Origin: Deltaproteobacteria bacterium
GTDB lineage: Bacteria; Myxococcota_C; UBA6777
Assembly: GCA_006226375.1 (NCBI GenBank)
Contig: SBHC01000026.1
Location: 30,903-94,902 of the forward strand
Reading direction: 5' to 3'
Length of the DNA stretch: 64,000 bases
Shown: positions 20,259 to 30,951 of the stretch, in pieces
How positions within the stretch are numbered: position 1 is the first letter of the stretch
Layout: each line of letters opens with the position of its first letter
The notes under the pieces: model-generated
Database searches by the model: none
What the model saw: only the letters and a program-made list of their open reading frames with translations
Told to the model about the DNA's origin: nothing
Position numbers and translations under genes: made by a program

Positions 20259-21287
20259 CTATGGATGGGTTCCTGGAACCATCAAGCCCGTCCCCTCGGG
20301 ATATCCGCACATCACATTGAAGTTTTGGATGGCTTGACCAGAAGCACCCTTTACAAGGTTGTCGATGGTAGCAAAAACAGTAACATCCTGTCCATCCACA
20401 GCCCATCCGATATCCGCAAAGTTGGACTGTTTCACCCAGTTGGTGTTGGGCGAACCTCCCACCAATCGAACAAAGGGATGGCCTTCGTAGAATTCACGGA
20501 ACAGATCACCGACCTGTTCTTCCGTCATGACTTCCTTTGTCGAGAGATAGATAGAGGCAAAGATCCCCCGAACCATCGGCGCCGAGTGGGTTTGGAAGGT
20601 CAAGCGTCCATCCCAAGAGGGGTTTAATTCCTGAAGGGCCTGAACAATTTCGGGCTGGTGACGATGATTAAACATTTTGTAGGCATAAAAGCTGTTCGCC
20701 CGGCTGGGATGATGCGTACCCGCGCTGGGTTTGATACCCGAGCCGGAGGAGCCGGTCTTTGCATCCACAATGACTCGACCTTCGATGACATCAGCCTGAA
20801 CCAAGGGAGCCAAGCCCAAAATGGAGGCCGTGGCAAAACATCCAGGGCACGCAACCCTAGAAGATAGCTGCACAGCTTCCCGATTGAGTTCGGTCAGTCC
20901 ATACACAAACTCGGACTGCAGCAGGAACGAGGTATGCTCACCATAATACTCGGCAAACACATCCGGATCCTTAAGTCGGTAGTCCCCGGCCAGATCGATG
21001 ATTTTGACCCGGATGGGTATATCAGGAACAAGGTTCATGCTCTGGCTGTGAGGAAGACCCAAGAAGATAACATCGACTTCCTTCCAAGCCTCTGAGAAGG
21101 AAGAAGGCTGGAACACCAGATCGGTGAACCCACGAAGGTTGGGGTGTACTTCATCAACACGCTTTCCCTCTTGGGAGTGGGCGGTCACCCAAACAACTTC
21201 AGCATAGGGATGAACCAACAAACGACGAAGCAGTTCGCTCCCTCCGTATCCCGATCCTCCGACGATTCCAACCTTTTGCACCTTCAT
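20259..21287 (-). CDS. argC: N-acetyl-gamma-glutamyl-phosphate reductase
   Basis: GGSGYGG, YGLTE, ACPGCFAT, HRHQPEI and DNLVKGASGQA. Confidence 0.97.
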   Translation of the reverse strand: MKVQKVGIVGGSGYGGSELLRRLLVHPYAEVVWVTAHSQEGKRVDEVHPNLRGFTDLVFQPSSFSEAWKEVDVIFLGLPHSQSMNLVPDIPIRVKIIDLAGDYRLKDPDVFAEYYGEHTSFLLQSEFVYGLTELNREAVQLSSRVACPGCFATASILGLAPLVQADVIEGRVIVDAKTGSSGSGIKPSAGTHHPSRANSFYAYKMFNHRHQPEIVQALQELNPSWDGRLTFQTHSAPMVRGIFASIYLSTKEVMTEEQVGDLFREFYEGHPFVRLVGGSPNTNWVKQSNFADIGWAVDGQDVTVFATIDNLVKGASGQAIQNFNVMCGYPEGTGLMVPGTHP

Positions 21288-21336
21288 TCGATGCTCCTTC
21301 CTTCACAAACTTCCAAAACCCAGTTCCCCAACCAAC

Positions 21337-22545
21337 CTACTTCTGCTGCATCATCGAGTTGAGACGAAGGCGAAGAGAGTTCAACTTGATAAAGCCTTCC
21401 GCATCGCGTTGGTCGTAGACACTGTCCTTCTCAAAGGTTGCAAACTCCTCGGAGTACAACGAGAAGGGTGACTTGCGGCCGACAACAATGCAGTTTCCTT
21501 TGTACAATTTCACACGGGTGGTTCCAGTGACGTGTTTCTGGGATTCGGTGACCATGGCGCGAATCACGTCAAATTCAGGAGAGAACCAGAAGCCGTAATA
21601 GATCATTTCGGAGATTCGGGTGTTGAGGGAATCACGCAGACGCATCACTTCGCGGTCCATGGTGATCGATTCCAAAGCCCGGTGAGCGGACATCAACACG
21701 GTCGCTCCAGGAGTTTCGTACACACCGCGAGACTTCATACCGACGAAGCGGTTCTCGACAATATCAATGCGACCAACTCCATGCTCCCCAGCGACGTCGT
21801 TGAGATGATCCAACAACTCAAACGGACCCATCGCCTTACCATCGACAGCAACCGGGACACCTTTCTCAAAGTCGATTTCCAGGTATTGCGCCTGATCAGG
21901 GGTCTTCTCAAGAGGATTGACGAGAACATACAAATCGTCAGGGGGCTCGTTCCAAGGATCTTCAAGCACGCCACCCTCAAAGCTGATGTGCATGACATTG
22001 CGGTCCATGGAGTAGGGTTTCTGGTGAGAAGCAACCACAGGAAGGTTGTTGTTCTTGCAGTAATCCAACAGATCCGAGCGAGACGAGAACTCCCAGTGAC
22101 GCCAGGGAGCGATGACCTTGATGTCAGGCTTCAACGCGTAATAGGTCAACTCAAAGCGAACTTGATCGTTGCCTTTTCCAGTCGCGCCGTGAGCGACCGC
22201 GTCCGCTCCTTCAGCGATGGCGATTTCGATATGTCGCTTGGCAATCAAGGGACGAGCCAGGGAAGTCCCCATCAAGTACAAATCTTCGTACTTGGCGTTG
22301 GCCTGGATGGCAAAGAACACATAATCCCGGACAAATTCTTCCCGAAGGTCTTCGATGTACATCTTGGAAGCGCCAGTTTTTTTGGCCTTCTCATCCAAGC
22401 CTGTCAATTCATCTTTCTGACCAACATCTGCGCAATATCCGACCACTTCACAGTTGTAGGTGTCTTTCATCCAGTGAAGCATGACGGAGGTGTCCAGACC
22501 ACCCGAATATGCCAAGATGACCTTCTTTACGGAATCATGAGCCAT
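21337..22545 (-). CDS. argG: Argininosuccinate synthase
   Basis: [23 protein letters not shown] and [16 protein letters not shown]. Confidence 0.98.
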   Translation of the reverse strand: MAHDSVKKVILAYSGGLDTSVMLHWMKDTYNCEVVGYCADVGQKDELTGLDEKAKKTGASKMYIEDLREEFVRDYVFFAIQANAKYEDLYLMGTSLARPLIAKRHIEIAIAEGADAVAHGATGKGNDQVRFELTYYALKPDIKVIAPWRHWEFSSRSDLLDYCKNNNLPVVASHQKPYSMDRNVMHISFEGGVLEDPWNEPPDDLYVLVNPLEKTPDQAQYLEIDFEKGVPVAVDGKAMGPFELLDHLNDVAGEHGVGRIDIVENRFVGMKSRGVYETPGATVLMSAHRALESITMDREVMRLRDSLNTRISEMIYYGFWFSPEFDVIRAMVTESQKHVTGTTRVKLYKGNCIVVGRKSPFSLYSEEFATFEKDSVYDQRDAEGFIKLNSLRLRLNSMMQQK

Positions 22546-22663
22546 AACAACCCTTCCTCTGTGTTATTGGAGCAACGTGGTGGCCACATCCTCTTGGTTG
22601 GTTTCGACGGAGAGCCCGCCATTCAGCTGACCCTTGGTGAGGTTCCATCTTCATGATGAGCAC
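22535..22663 (-). CDS. Possible 42-aa leader ORF overlapping the argG start
   Basis: AGGAGG (22676-71), 7-nt spacer, GTG 22663. Reads [48 protein letters not shown] upstream at 22727-22722. Confidence 0.25.
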   Translation of the reverse strand: MLIMKMEPHQGSAEWRALRRNQPRGCGHHVAPITQRKGCYGS

Positions 22664-23133
22664 AAACGCCCCTCCTGACGACATCGCACCAAGCAAGCTT
22701 TCTGGTACAGGACAAAGGAAATGTCAAGTCACAATCCTGCCAAGACCTGAGTTGATGGTTGCTACAGGCCCAAACGAACCTTCTCCCAAGCATGGCGATA
22801 CGACGTTTGGCGAGGGAAAAAAGGGAAGAGTTGCAGTGCCACTTCCCTCCTAAAGACACGTGGATAGGGCAACAAGACAACAACAAATTCATAGAATTAG
22901 TCGAAAACCGAGCAGTCTCCGAAGAGAATTGCCTCAAACCTGCACTTGCAAAACCAACAATCGGTTTTATGTTCTGTGTGCAGAACGAGTTGGGATGTGC
23001 TATACAGGAACAACTTTGACCTCTGTGTTTCTCAAACTGGTTTTGCCTCCCTTGCGAAACCTGCTCCCCATCCGAGGCCGTCATCAACAAGGGATTCATT
23101 GTTTTCGAGCCCTTATCAAAAGGAAGACACACC

Positions 23134-23811
23134 ATGTCGAACATTTTTCGGACTGAGTTCTTGGGTAGCCAATGGGGACCTTGGGAAGATAGTCACCAAA
23201 TACCTGTCTTGCCCCCAGAGTTTGAACAAGAGCTGTCCACCGTCTCGTTCCTCACAGCGGGCGAAGACGAGCTTTGCTTTGTGTTTGATCCCGAAGCACA
23301 AGAAGTGACCTGGTGTACTTGGGAAGGTGAGACCTGGTCCGACTGGCAGGACTCATGCAAGCTTCCACCGCCACCCAACTTTTATGTGGAAGACGACGAC
23401 ATCCCCGCCTACTTCTCCATGGGAACCATGGACGGCGACCCAGCGATGTTCTCCTACCAGGCGGAAGACGACACTCTCTTCATCAGCTTCTGGGATGGAC
23501 GCCGCTTCAGCCATTGGGAAGAAGTGTCACCGGTGGAAGCTCCGCCCAACCTCAGCGAAGCTTCCGATGTATTCGCTGTTGGAGACGAAGAAAACACGTG
23601 GCTCATCTCCATTGACCTGGAAGAATGGTCCATCTTCTATTGTGCATGGGATGGAGAAGTCGAAGCCTTCAGCCCATGGGAAGATGCGCCCAACCTATCC
23701 CTCCCCGAAGAGTGGTACGACATGGGCGGAATCGATGTAGACGGAAACTCTGTGGATGGCGCGCTGTACATCTACGCGACAGTCTACGACATCGAAGATG
23801 AGTTTGAATAA
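23134..23811 (+). CDS. Very acidic Trp-rich repeat protein of unknown function
   Basis: SD AAAGGAAG. Four ~55-aa repeats with W(D/E)G..(W/F)S.WE..PP cores. No signal peptide. Confidence 0.75.
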   Translation: MSNIFRTEFLGSQWGPWEDSHQIPVLPPEFEQELSTVSFLTAGEDELCFVFDPEAQEVTWCTWEGETWSDWQDSCKLPPPPNFYVEDDDIPAYFSMGTMDGDPAMFSYQAEDDTLFISFWDGRRFSHWEEVSPVEAPPNLSEASDVFAVGDEENTWLISIDLEEWSIFYCAWDGEVEAFSPWEDAPNLSLPEEWYDMGGIDVDGNSVDGALYIYATVYDIEDEFE

Positions 23812-23817
23812 GAACTA

Positions 23818-24729
23818 TCAGTTGTAGCGGAAGGCTTCCATCGTGAGGCCTTCGTCAAAATCTTCCTTAAAGCCTGTCGCCTCCCGAAACAACGTACTAT
23901 CCACCACAACCGGAAACTTAATGTGAGTGACTGCTCCCGTGGGAAGTTTGGGGAACCCAAATCGACCCATCACGTGGGGGTAGAGAATCTCAGGGATGGG
24001 TATGCTTGTCCGACCCACAACCTTGATCAACATGGACAGAGGCATAGGCTGAGGTCCACTGACATTAAAGACCCCGCGAATGTTGCTCTCCAGAGCCAAC
24101 GCAATGGCCTTGACCACATCGTGTTCGTGCATGAACTGGAAGAGTGGATCAAAACCCATCACCGTCGGAACTCGTGGACCTTTGAGGAAGCTCGCAAGGG
24201 TTCCGTGGTGGGAAGGACCTAGCGTGTAGCACACCCGCAACACGGCGGTTTTCAAGTCGGGGTAACGCCAAAGCGCGGAAGCTGCGAACAAGTCGGCCGC
24301 GACAAGGTCTGCCAACTCAGGAAAGGTGCTCACAGCGGTAGGGGGTGCCGCTTCGGTTTGGTAAATAGGTGTATCTGGAGCGGCGCCGTAGTAAGTGTGA
24401 CGACCCACAAAGATGGCCTGCTTCACTCCGTAATTCGCGCAATATTCAAAGACCGAGCGGGTTCCATGAAGGTTGATACGATACCGCTCTTCGGCTCGCG
24501 CAGAAAAGTGTGTGACTGTCGCCATGTGGATCACAGCGTCGGGGCGTCGTGTACGAAACACGTCTTCGGCTGCACGTTTCCGGATGTCCACATTGAACAT
24601 TTCGATGCCTTTGTCAGCATCGGGCCACTTCCGTCGGTCCATACCAATGACGGTGTGACCGCGGTGAAGCAAACCTTGTGCGACGAGACGACCGATCTTT
24701 CCAGAAATACCAGTGATCAGAACTTTCAT
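23818..24729 (-). CDS. NAD-dependent epimerase/dehydratase family (extended SDR)
   Basis: [22 protein letters not shown] and QFMHEHDV. Canonical YxxxK not evident. SD AGGAGG. Confidence 0.9.
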   Translation of the reverse strand: MKVLITGISGKIGRLVAQGLLHRGHTVIGMDRRKWPDADKGIEMFNVDIRKRAAEDVFRTRRPDAVIHMATVTHFSARAEERYRINLHGTRSVFEYCANYGVKQAIFVGRHTYYGAAPDTPIYQTEAAPPTAVSTFPELADLVAADLFAASALWRYPDLKTAVLRVCYTLGPSHHGTLASFLKGPRVPTVMGFDPLFQFMHEHDVVKAIALALESNIRGVFNVSGPQPMPLSMLIKVVGRTSIPIPEILYPHVMGRFGFPKLPTGAVTHIKFPVVVDSTLFREATGFKEDFDEGLTMEAFRYN

Positions 24730-24748
24730 CTGATGAATACCCTCCTGA

Positions 24749-25579
24749 TCAAGCGGTTTGGTTTTGGTCGTCTAGCAAATGCCGTTGCTCTCGGCCTGCC
24801 TGGATCAGATCAGCAATCTTGGCCTTCACCTCAGCAACGTACATTTCGATCATGTCATCATCTTCGTAGCCATCGCCTTCAAAATGCATGGGCTCACCAT
24901 ACAAGATTTGACAGGGCCGCGGCAAAGGAATTGGCAAAAGATAAGGTGTGATAGGGATATACGGTGCTCCTACCAACTTTCCGAGCGTCTTGAGGTTCAT
25001 GATGGTGGGGAGGATATCCCCTCCACCCAAGAACGCAAACGGTACAATCGGCGTGTTGTTTTGAAGGGCCAACCGCATAAAGCCTGTGCCAAACCGAACC
25101 AGGGAGTAGCGTTCTTTGTAGAGTTTGGCCGTTCCTCTTGCTCCTTCCGGAAACACGAGCAGGACCCGCTCGTCGTTGAGGAGTTGAACAGCATGCTCAG
25201 GAAGACCTGTCAGTTGGCCTGCTCGACTGTTCCAAGCTGAAGAGAAAGGCAGATTGTTCATGAACTTCTCGACCATCCCCTGCGCCAAACGAGGAGGATC
25301 CTTGTCGAGAAGAAGAGAGGCGATCACCATCGCCCCATCAATGGCCACGCCGCCCGAGTGATTTCCAACAATCATCACCCTACCCTGGTCAGGAATACGC
25401 TCCAAACCCTGGGCACTGACCTTGAAGTAACTTCTATAAAACTTACTCAGCAAGGAGAGAAACAGGCTGACATGCTTTTTGGAGACGCCAAACTTATCAA
25501 TCCCATAGCGATTAAACCCAATATCGAGTTGATCCACCCGGTCTTGAATCTCTGGGTCTATCATCCACTTCATCAACAT
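24749..25579 (-). CDS. Lysophospholipid/glycerol acyltransferase family protein
   Basis: [10 protein letters not shown] (HxxxxD-like), FPEGARG and GFMRLAL..TPIVP. Confidence 0.9.
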   Translation of the reverse strand: MLMKWMIDPEIQDRVDQLDIGFNRYGIDKFGVSKKHVSLFLSLLSKFYRSYFKVSAQGLERIPDQGRVMIVGNHSGGVAIDGAMVIASLLLDKDPPRLAQGMVEKFMNNLPFSSAWNSRAGQLTGLPEHAVQLLNDERVLLVFPEGARGTAKLYKERYSLVRFGTGFMRLALQNNTPIVPFAFLGGGDILPTIMNLKTLGKLVGAPYIPITPYLLPIPLPRPCQILYGEPMHFEGDGYEDDDMIEMYVAEVKAKIADLIQAGREQRHLLDDQNQTA

Positions 25580-25735
25580 GATTTCTTACCTTGTTTTCCA
25601 TAGGTGAACGTGCCCACTGTACCGTATGGTGTGCACGAAGACAACCAAGGAGATACGATCAAACGGCTGAAAAAAAAACGCGACACCGCCTGGAAAACAA
25701 TGAGATCAATACGTCAACCTAGCGCACGACAAGAG

Positions 25736-26596
25736 CTACAGCCAGGGACGTCCTCCCACCCAGTAGTGCTCTGGAAGTTGCTTGTCGAAGCAATCTTTGT
25801 CTTTTTGGAAAAAATTGTAGAAGAGGATGTGACGAAGAGCCGCGACCCCATCTTTCCACGTAATCTTTTTCCCCTCCATGTAATTTCGGGGGAAATAGGA
25901 GATGGGAAGCTCCATCACACGCAGCTTGAGTCGTGCAACCTTTGCCGTCACTTCGGGCTCAAAACCAAACCGATTGGACTCCAGGTTCAAGTTCTTGATG
26001 ATCTCAGCCCGGAAGAACTTGTAACAGGTCTCCATGTCCGTAAGATACAAACCGCTCGACAGGTTGCTCAGCATCGTCAGAAATCGGTTCACAAGGTAAT
26101 GGTAGGTGCGATGCACCTGCCCGCTCTCATGGAAACGTGACCCAAACACAATGTCAGCCCGGTCTTCCATCAACGGCAGAAGGAGGGACTTAATCTCATA
26201 GGGGTTGTATTCAAAGTCGGCATCTTGAACACCAATGAAGTCGCCTGTTGCTGCATCAATACCGCGCCGGACCGCAGCGCCTTTGCCGCAGTTTTTGGGC
26301 TGCTCAATCAGCTGTACTTCGGATTGAAACTTGTAAGACCGAAGGATTTCACGGGACCGATCCTTGGAGTAGTCATCCACGATGACCAGCTCTTTCGCGA
26401 TAGGCAAATCCAGCTGGTCAATCACATCGAGAAACTCTTGGAGATGGCTTTCCTCGTTGTACACAGGGATCACCAAGCTCACCTTGAGGTGGCTAAAGTC
26501 AGCGGGTGCCTCAGTCTTTTGCTGTTCGCTTTGCTTCAACACTTCATTCTGTATTGGAGATATCGGTTTCGATGTCACGATCCAACCCTTCTTCAC
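25736..26596 (-). CDS. GT2 glycosyltransferase, polyprenol-phosphate sugar synthase (DPM1-like)
   Basis: VIPVYNE, VDDYSKD, GKGAA, QDADFEY, TDMETCYK, FGFEPE and EGKKITWKDG. Start uncertain. Confidence 0.92.
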   Translation of the reverse strand: MKKGWIVTSKPISPIQNEVLKQSEQQKTEAPADFSHLKVSLVIPVYNEESHLQEFLDVIDQLDLPIAKELVIVDDYSKDRSREILRSYKFQSEVQLIEQPKNCGKGAAVRRGIDAATGDFIGVQDADFEYNPYEIKSLLLPLMEDRADIVFGSRFHESGQVHRTYHYLVNRFLTMLSNLSSGLYLTDMETCYKFFRAEIIKNLNLESNRFGFEPEVTAKVARLKLRVMELPISYFPRNYMEGKKITWKDGVAALRHILFYNFFQKDKDCFDKQLPEHYWVGGRPWL

Positions 26597-26685
26597 AACA
26601 ATGACGATGCTTCAAACTACACCTGCGACACATCCGTCAGCAGACAGCGGTCTATACCATACATTCAGGCAAGACACCAATAACT

Positions 26686-28341
26686 TTATTGTTCTGGAGC
26701 CGAAGTTGCATCCGTCTGTTGGCGAAACCGCGCCAAAACCCAAATCATAAGGACCAGAAGCAAAGCATAGCCTGCCATACGAGCTTCATCAAACCAAAGA
26801 GGGAGCTTTAAGTGGATAAGCTTGAGTGAATGGATGTCTCGGATCACCGAATTGCCCGCCAGCCCCATCAAATAAAACGAGCCAAGCAACAACGAGACAA
26901 CAAGGAAGGATTTGGTCGTCTCAGAAACAAGAGGGACCTTGCCCGGGTCCTGAGGTTTGGGGTGGTAACCTCCCAGAAACGCAAGCAACAACAACAACGG
27001 CAAGTTGGCGCACCAGATGTAGTATATATCCCAGCACATCGGAGAGATCGTAGGCAACGCAACCATCCCAAAGGCCAGAAACAAAGGAAAAGCACTCCAG
27101 GCCACAACAAACGCAAGCCAGGCCCACAAGGCGACGACACCCAAACGAAGCGGCCACAACCAACGACGGTCTTGGGGAGGCAAGGGATGATGACGAAGCC
27201 GGAACGAAGCTTTGCGATACTTGGCGAAACGACCCACCACAGCGTAGTTAACACCGGCCGTCGAACCTTTCGCAATCTTCGGCATATTCGCGAGGAATCG
27301 TTTGCTCTCCTTGAAGCCCACTCCCCACAGTGAAACAAGCACAACAAAGACCAAGCCAAGCCCAAAGGCCCCAGACCAGCGAAGAACCTTCGATGAAAAG
27401 CCTGGTCTGTTTCGGTGACGGAACCACCAAAGCCCCAAGGGACCCAAAACGAGAACAGGAACGAGCTTAACACCGACAGCAAGGGCCAACACGAAGCCAC
27501 CCAAACCAAGATGCACGGGATGAGCGTTCTCGTTCCTCAGATACCATGCCGTGTGAAAAAGACCGACGGACAAGAGTAACAAAATACCCACATCCAATTG
27601 ACCCAAACGCCAGGACCTTTGGAAGGAGTTAAAATACATGGTGGTGATCACCAGAACGCCAAACATTGGGAGCCCAGGATGAGCAGGTAGCCAGCGTCCA
27701 GGAAGATTTCGCTTGTCGTTGTCTTCAGCAACTGGAGACACCATCGCACGAAGGCTGACCGTTGCAGCCTCCACCTTGCCGGTCCACAGCCACTTTACCC
27801 AGAGCCAGGCGTAAAAGAAGAACGTGAACAGGAAGAGAACATTGAGACCCAACCAATAAGGAAGGAAGGCCCGCGTTTTCATAAACCCAAACGGCTTAAG
27901 CAAAGCAATCACAAAGGGGGAAGCGTTCACGCTCTGGTGAAGGCCTCGAAGGTCGTACACACCGGCCCCTTTGTAAGCCCGCTGAGCACCAAGAAAGTGG
28001 TTGTAGAGGAGGTCTCCCACCGTAAACTTCGTAGCGACAAACTCCACAAGGTTGGCAAACCCACTGAACGCGACCAGCAGCGTCAGGCCCCAAAGACCTG
28101 TCAACACCCAGCCCAACATGCCTTTCCGACGCTGCCACCACAGGCTCACAGCCAACAAGCCCATCCACCAAAGAGTCCAAAACTCGCGGTAACCGGCTTC
28201 GGGGTACCACCAGCGTGACTCTTTGAGATCAGGCCATTGCCCAACAGCCCAACCCAAACCAAACAGGGCGGATAGAGCAAGGACAAAAGAAAACCAAGTC
28301 CCCAACCAACGTGACAATGAATGCATACTAGGAGTGGTCAC
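26686..28341 (-). CDS. GT87/DUF2029-type (GT-C) polytopic membrane glycosyltransferase
   Basis: Many TM helices. NASPF, LGQLD, VGVKLVP and SPMCWDIY match GT87 motifs (YPP, GQ, K..P, SP..W.HY). Confidence 0.7.
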   Translation of the reverse strand: MTTPSMHSLSRWLGTWFSFVLALSALFGLGWAVGQWPDLKESRWWYPEAGYREFWTLWWMGLLAVSLWWQRRKGMLGWVLTGLWGLTLLVAFSGFANLVEFVATKFTVGDLLYNHFLGAQRAYKGAGVYDLRGLHQSVNASPFVIALLKPFGFMKTRAFLPYWLGLNVLFLFTFFFYAWLWVKWLWTGKVEAATVSLRAMVSPVAEDNDKRNLPGRWLPAHPGLPMFGVLVITTMYFNSFQRSWRLGQLDVGILLLLSVGLFHTAWYLRNENAHPVHLGLGGFVLALAVGVKLVPVLVLGPLGLWWFRHRNRPGFSSKVLRWSGAFGLGLVFVVLVSLWGVGFKESKRFLANMPKIAKGSTAGVNYAVVGRFAKYRKASFRLRHHPLPPQDRRWLWPLRLGVVALWAWLAFVVAWSAFPLFLAFGMVALPTISPMCWDIYYIWCANLPLLLLLAFLGGYHPKPQDPGKVPLVSETTKSFLVVSLLLGSFYLMGLAGNSVIRDIHSLKLIHLKLPLWFDEARMAGYALLLVLMIWVLARFRQQTDATSAPEQ

Positions 28342-29615
28342 TATTGGCTGGAGTTAGGGCTGTTGCGTCGCCATTCCTGTCGAGTCCAGGCCAACGCATG
28401 GGAAGTATCGCGCAATCGCTTCAAAAGAACCAACACGAGGTTGTGTTGAATCTTGAATCCAATGTCTGGAGATTGCCGCATCATCTTAAGGAACTCTTCG
28501 CCATTGATCACAAGGCATTCGGTCCGCTCTTGCGAGACAACCGTCGCAGAAACAGGCGCGCCATCGTACAAGCCCATTTCACCGACATAGTCCCCAACGC
28601 CCAATACAGCGAGCATCTCTTGACCACGGAAAATTCCCAACTCGCCGGATTGAACAATGTACAATTCCCGGGAAGGATCCCCTTCTCGCAGCACAACTTC
28701 ACCAGGCTCAAAGACCTTTTGTGAGGACGCGGACAAGACCTTCAAGGATTCAGGATACGACATATCCTGGAACAAGGGACTGTGCCGCAAGACATCAACG
28801 CTCGCGACAATCTCGGTGGTGCGGGAAGCTTCACGACCTTCAACAGACACCACAACCACGGTAATGTTGTCTTTTCCGCCGCGCTGGTTAGCGAGATCAA
28901 CAGCTTGCTGTGGTACCTTGGAGAGATCGTGCTGCGATAACATCGTAGCCAGCTCCCCTTTCGCAAGGTAACCGTGAAAGCCATCGCTGCAAACGAGGAA
29001 GGCATCGTGGGGAAGCAGGTCCACAAAGAACAGATCCACCTGCAGACGGTCGGCCATGCCCACAGCGCGGGTGATAACATTCTTGTAGCGCGAAGTCGCC
29101 GCCTCTTCTTGCGAGATCAGCCCCATTTTGAGCTGCTCAGCAATCAAGGAGTGATCTTCGGTGAGTTGGTACGTCGTCCCATCTCTGTAAAGATAACACC
29201 GGCTGTCTCCAACATGCACAATACAAGCGACGTCACCGAGGACAACCATCGCACAAAGCGTGGAGCCCATTCGGAAGTCATTGCCGCGCTGTCGAGATTG
29301 GGAAAAGATCTGGTAGGTGATAGCCTGAACCGCCTGATCCAGGTAATCTTTGGCCTGTCTACGGTGCTCATCAGAGAGAGGTTGCCCAGGTGCAATCGCT
29401 TGTCGGCCGAACAAGTCGGGGCGACTGCGAAGGTGACTTTGCATCCCTTCCACCACCATACGGCTTGCGACATCACCGGCGGAATACCCACCAACGCCGT
29501 CTGCAACGACATACAGTCCAACTTCAGGATCAACGAGGACAGCGTCCTCATTGTGGTTTCTTCGGCGGCCAACATCGGTGGCTTGCCACCCAAACAATTT
29601 CAGTCGTGGGGCCAT
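28341..29615 (-). CDS. PP2C (PPM) Ser/Thr phosphatase with C-terminal cyclic-nucleotide-binding domain
   Basis: TDVGRRRNHNED, VADGVGG, HVGDSRCY, CSDG and GGKDNIT, followed by REGDP..LYIVQSG and VGEMGL...SATV. Confidence 0.93.
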   Translation of the reverse strand: MAPRLKLFGWQATDVGRRRNHNEDAVLVDPEVGLYVVADGVGGYSAGDVASRMVVEGMQSHLRSRPDLFGRQAIAPGQPLSDEHRRQAKDYLDQAVQAITYQIFSQSRQRGNDFRMGSTLCAMVVLGDVACIVHVGDSRCYLYRDGTTYQLTEDHSLIAEQLKMGLISQEEAATSRYKNVITRAVGMADRLQVDLFFVDLLPHDAFLVCSDGFHGYLAKGELATMLSQHDLSKVPQQAVDLANQRGGKDNITVVVVSVEGREASRTTEIVASVDVLRHSPLFQDMSYPESLKVLSASSQKVFEPGEVVLREGDPSRELYIVQSGELGIFRGQEMLAVLGVGDYVGEMGLYDGAPVSATVVSQERTECLVINGEEFLKMMRQSPDIGFKIQHNLVLVLLKRLRDTSHALAWTRQEWRRNSPNSSQ

Positions 29616-29784
29616 GTGCCCAACTCCACTTGAACTCTAAGGACTCCACTCGGGGAGAAAATACGCTAGGAACCAAACCTACCATAAGGAGGTACGCTTG
29701 ACTAGTCCCAAAGAAGAGACAGCTAAAGTCAGCGTCCCTTCGGTCTAGGGAGTTCGCCAACCGAAGACCCCAAACCCTGGCCCA

Positions 29785-30828
29785 TCATTTCCTGGGATGC
29801 TCTCCTCCCCCGCCAAATCCGGCGTGTTTTGCAAGTTCGCGAAGCCAGCTTCGAGGAGACACACCCATCCAACGCTTAAAGGAGCGGGTAAACGAACTAT
29901 GTTCATGGTAACCCAGCTTGGCAGCGACTTCAGAGATGGAAAAAAGCCTCTGTCCCAGCAAATGAAGCGCTTCTTGCTTTCGATACGATTCAACCAACTC
30001 CTTGAGAGATAGCTTCTCCTTGCGCAACCGCCGCTGGAGAGTTCGGAGAGGAATCCCCAATCGATCGGAGACGGCCTGCCCCACGCTGAGTTCTGAATCA
30101 AAAACCCCAGACATCACGTTCCAAACCGCATAGGCAATCGGAGCCGAGGAAAACCGCTGAAACATCATCTCTTCCGCGGCTTTTTGAAGAGACAGGTGCA
30201 ACGCGGGATCGGTGTTTGGAGCTGGAGACTGCCAAGCCTCTTTCGACAGCCTCACCCCCGTGTACATGGGGTGAGGAAGAACTGGAGTTCCCACAATGTC
30301 ATCCAAGGTGGGATCGCGTTTTTGGAGAGGCCGCAAAAACACCATGGGAAACTCAAAGTCCTCTCCCAACATCTCTCTTGCTCTCTTGATGAACATTCCC
30401 AAAAGCCAACGGTCCACATGGTCATGAAGTGGAAAGTACGGGCGATTGTAGATCCGAACCTCAATGTCATCCTCAACCTCAGCGTACTCCAAGCGAGTCG
30501 TTGAGCTGACAAGAGGGATGTATTTTTGCAATTGGAGGAGGCCATCCTCCACGGTATCGGCCGTAAAAACAAGATGATCCACAAGACCAAAGCTACCAAA
30601 GGGAACAGCGAGGCCCGCACGGACAAACAGATGTGGCGTCTTCGACAGCTGTTGGGCGTGCTCCCACAAGGACATGATGGAGTTGATACTGGCCATTACT
30701 CCCCAATATTCAGTGAGGACACCCTTCTGCGAATAAAAATGATCGGAGATACGCTCTCGGTCCAGGCCGACTTCCGCAAACGAGTCAAAAATCGCCTGAA
30801 AACTTTGTCGTGGTAAAAAGTGTCTCAT
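29785..30828 (-). CDS. AraC-family transcriptional regulator (OruR/Arabinose_bd_2 type)
   Basis: FGLVDHL..TADTV N-domain. RTLQRRL and ISEVAAKLGYHEHSSFTRSFKRWMGVSP HTH. Alternative start at 30873. Confidence 0.93.
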   Translation of the reverse strand: MRHFLPRQSFQAIFDSFAEVGLDRERISDHFYSQKGVLTEYWGVMASINSIMSLWEHAQQLSKTPHLFVRAGLAVPFGSFGLVDHLVFTADTVEDGLLQLQKYIPLVSSTTRLEYAEVEDDIEVRIYNRPYFPLHDHVDRWLLGMFIKRAREMLGEDFEFPMVFLRPLQKRDPTLDDIVGTPVLPHPMYTGVRLSKEAWQSPAPNTDPALHLSLQKAAEEMMFQRFSSAPIAYAVWNVMSGVFDSELSVGQAVSDRLGIPLRTLQRRLRKEKLSLKELVESYRKQEALHLLGQRLFSISEVAAKLGYHEHSSFTRSFKRWMGVSPRSWLRELAKHAGFGGGGEHPRK

Positions 30829-30951
30829 GACAAAGCCAACTCCATGTTTCAATAACAAGACTTTCGCCGACATACACCAACATTCCAAGACGACATCGAC
30901 GGGTTCGGATCACCCAATTTGTGGGCTTGTTTTTTACTTCGTTTGGGGGGG

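Noticed and set aside
21532-22656. 374-aa plus-strand ORF and similar long antisense ORFs (e.g. 17846-18778, 48039-48947, 4737-5627, 39-626)
   Set aside because: They are shadows on the opposite strand of well-supported genes and carry no motifs of their own.
29685-29748. Perfect SD TAAGGAGGT followed by a 16-codon TTG ORF
   Set aside because: Short spacer, weak start codon and a featureless peptide; no other support.
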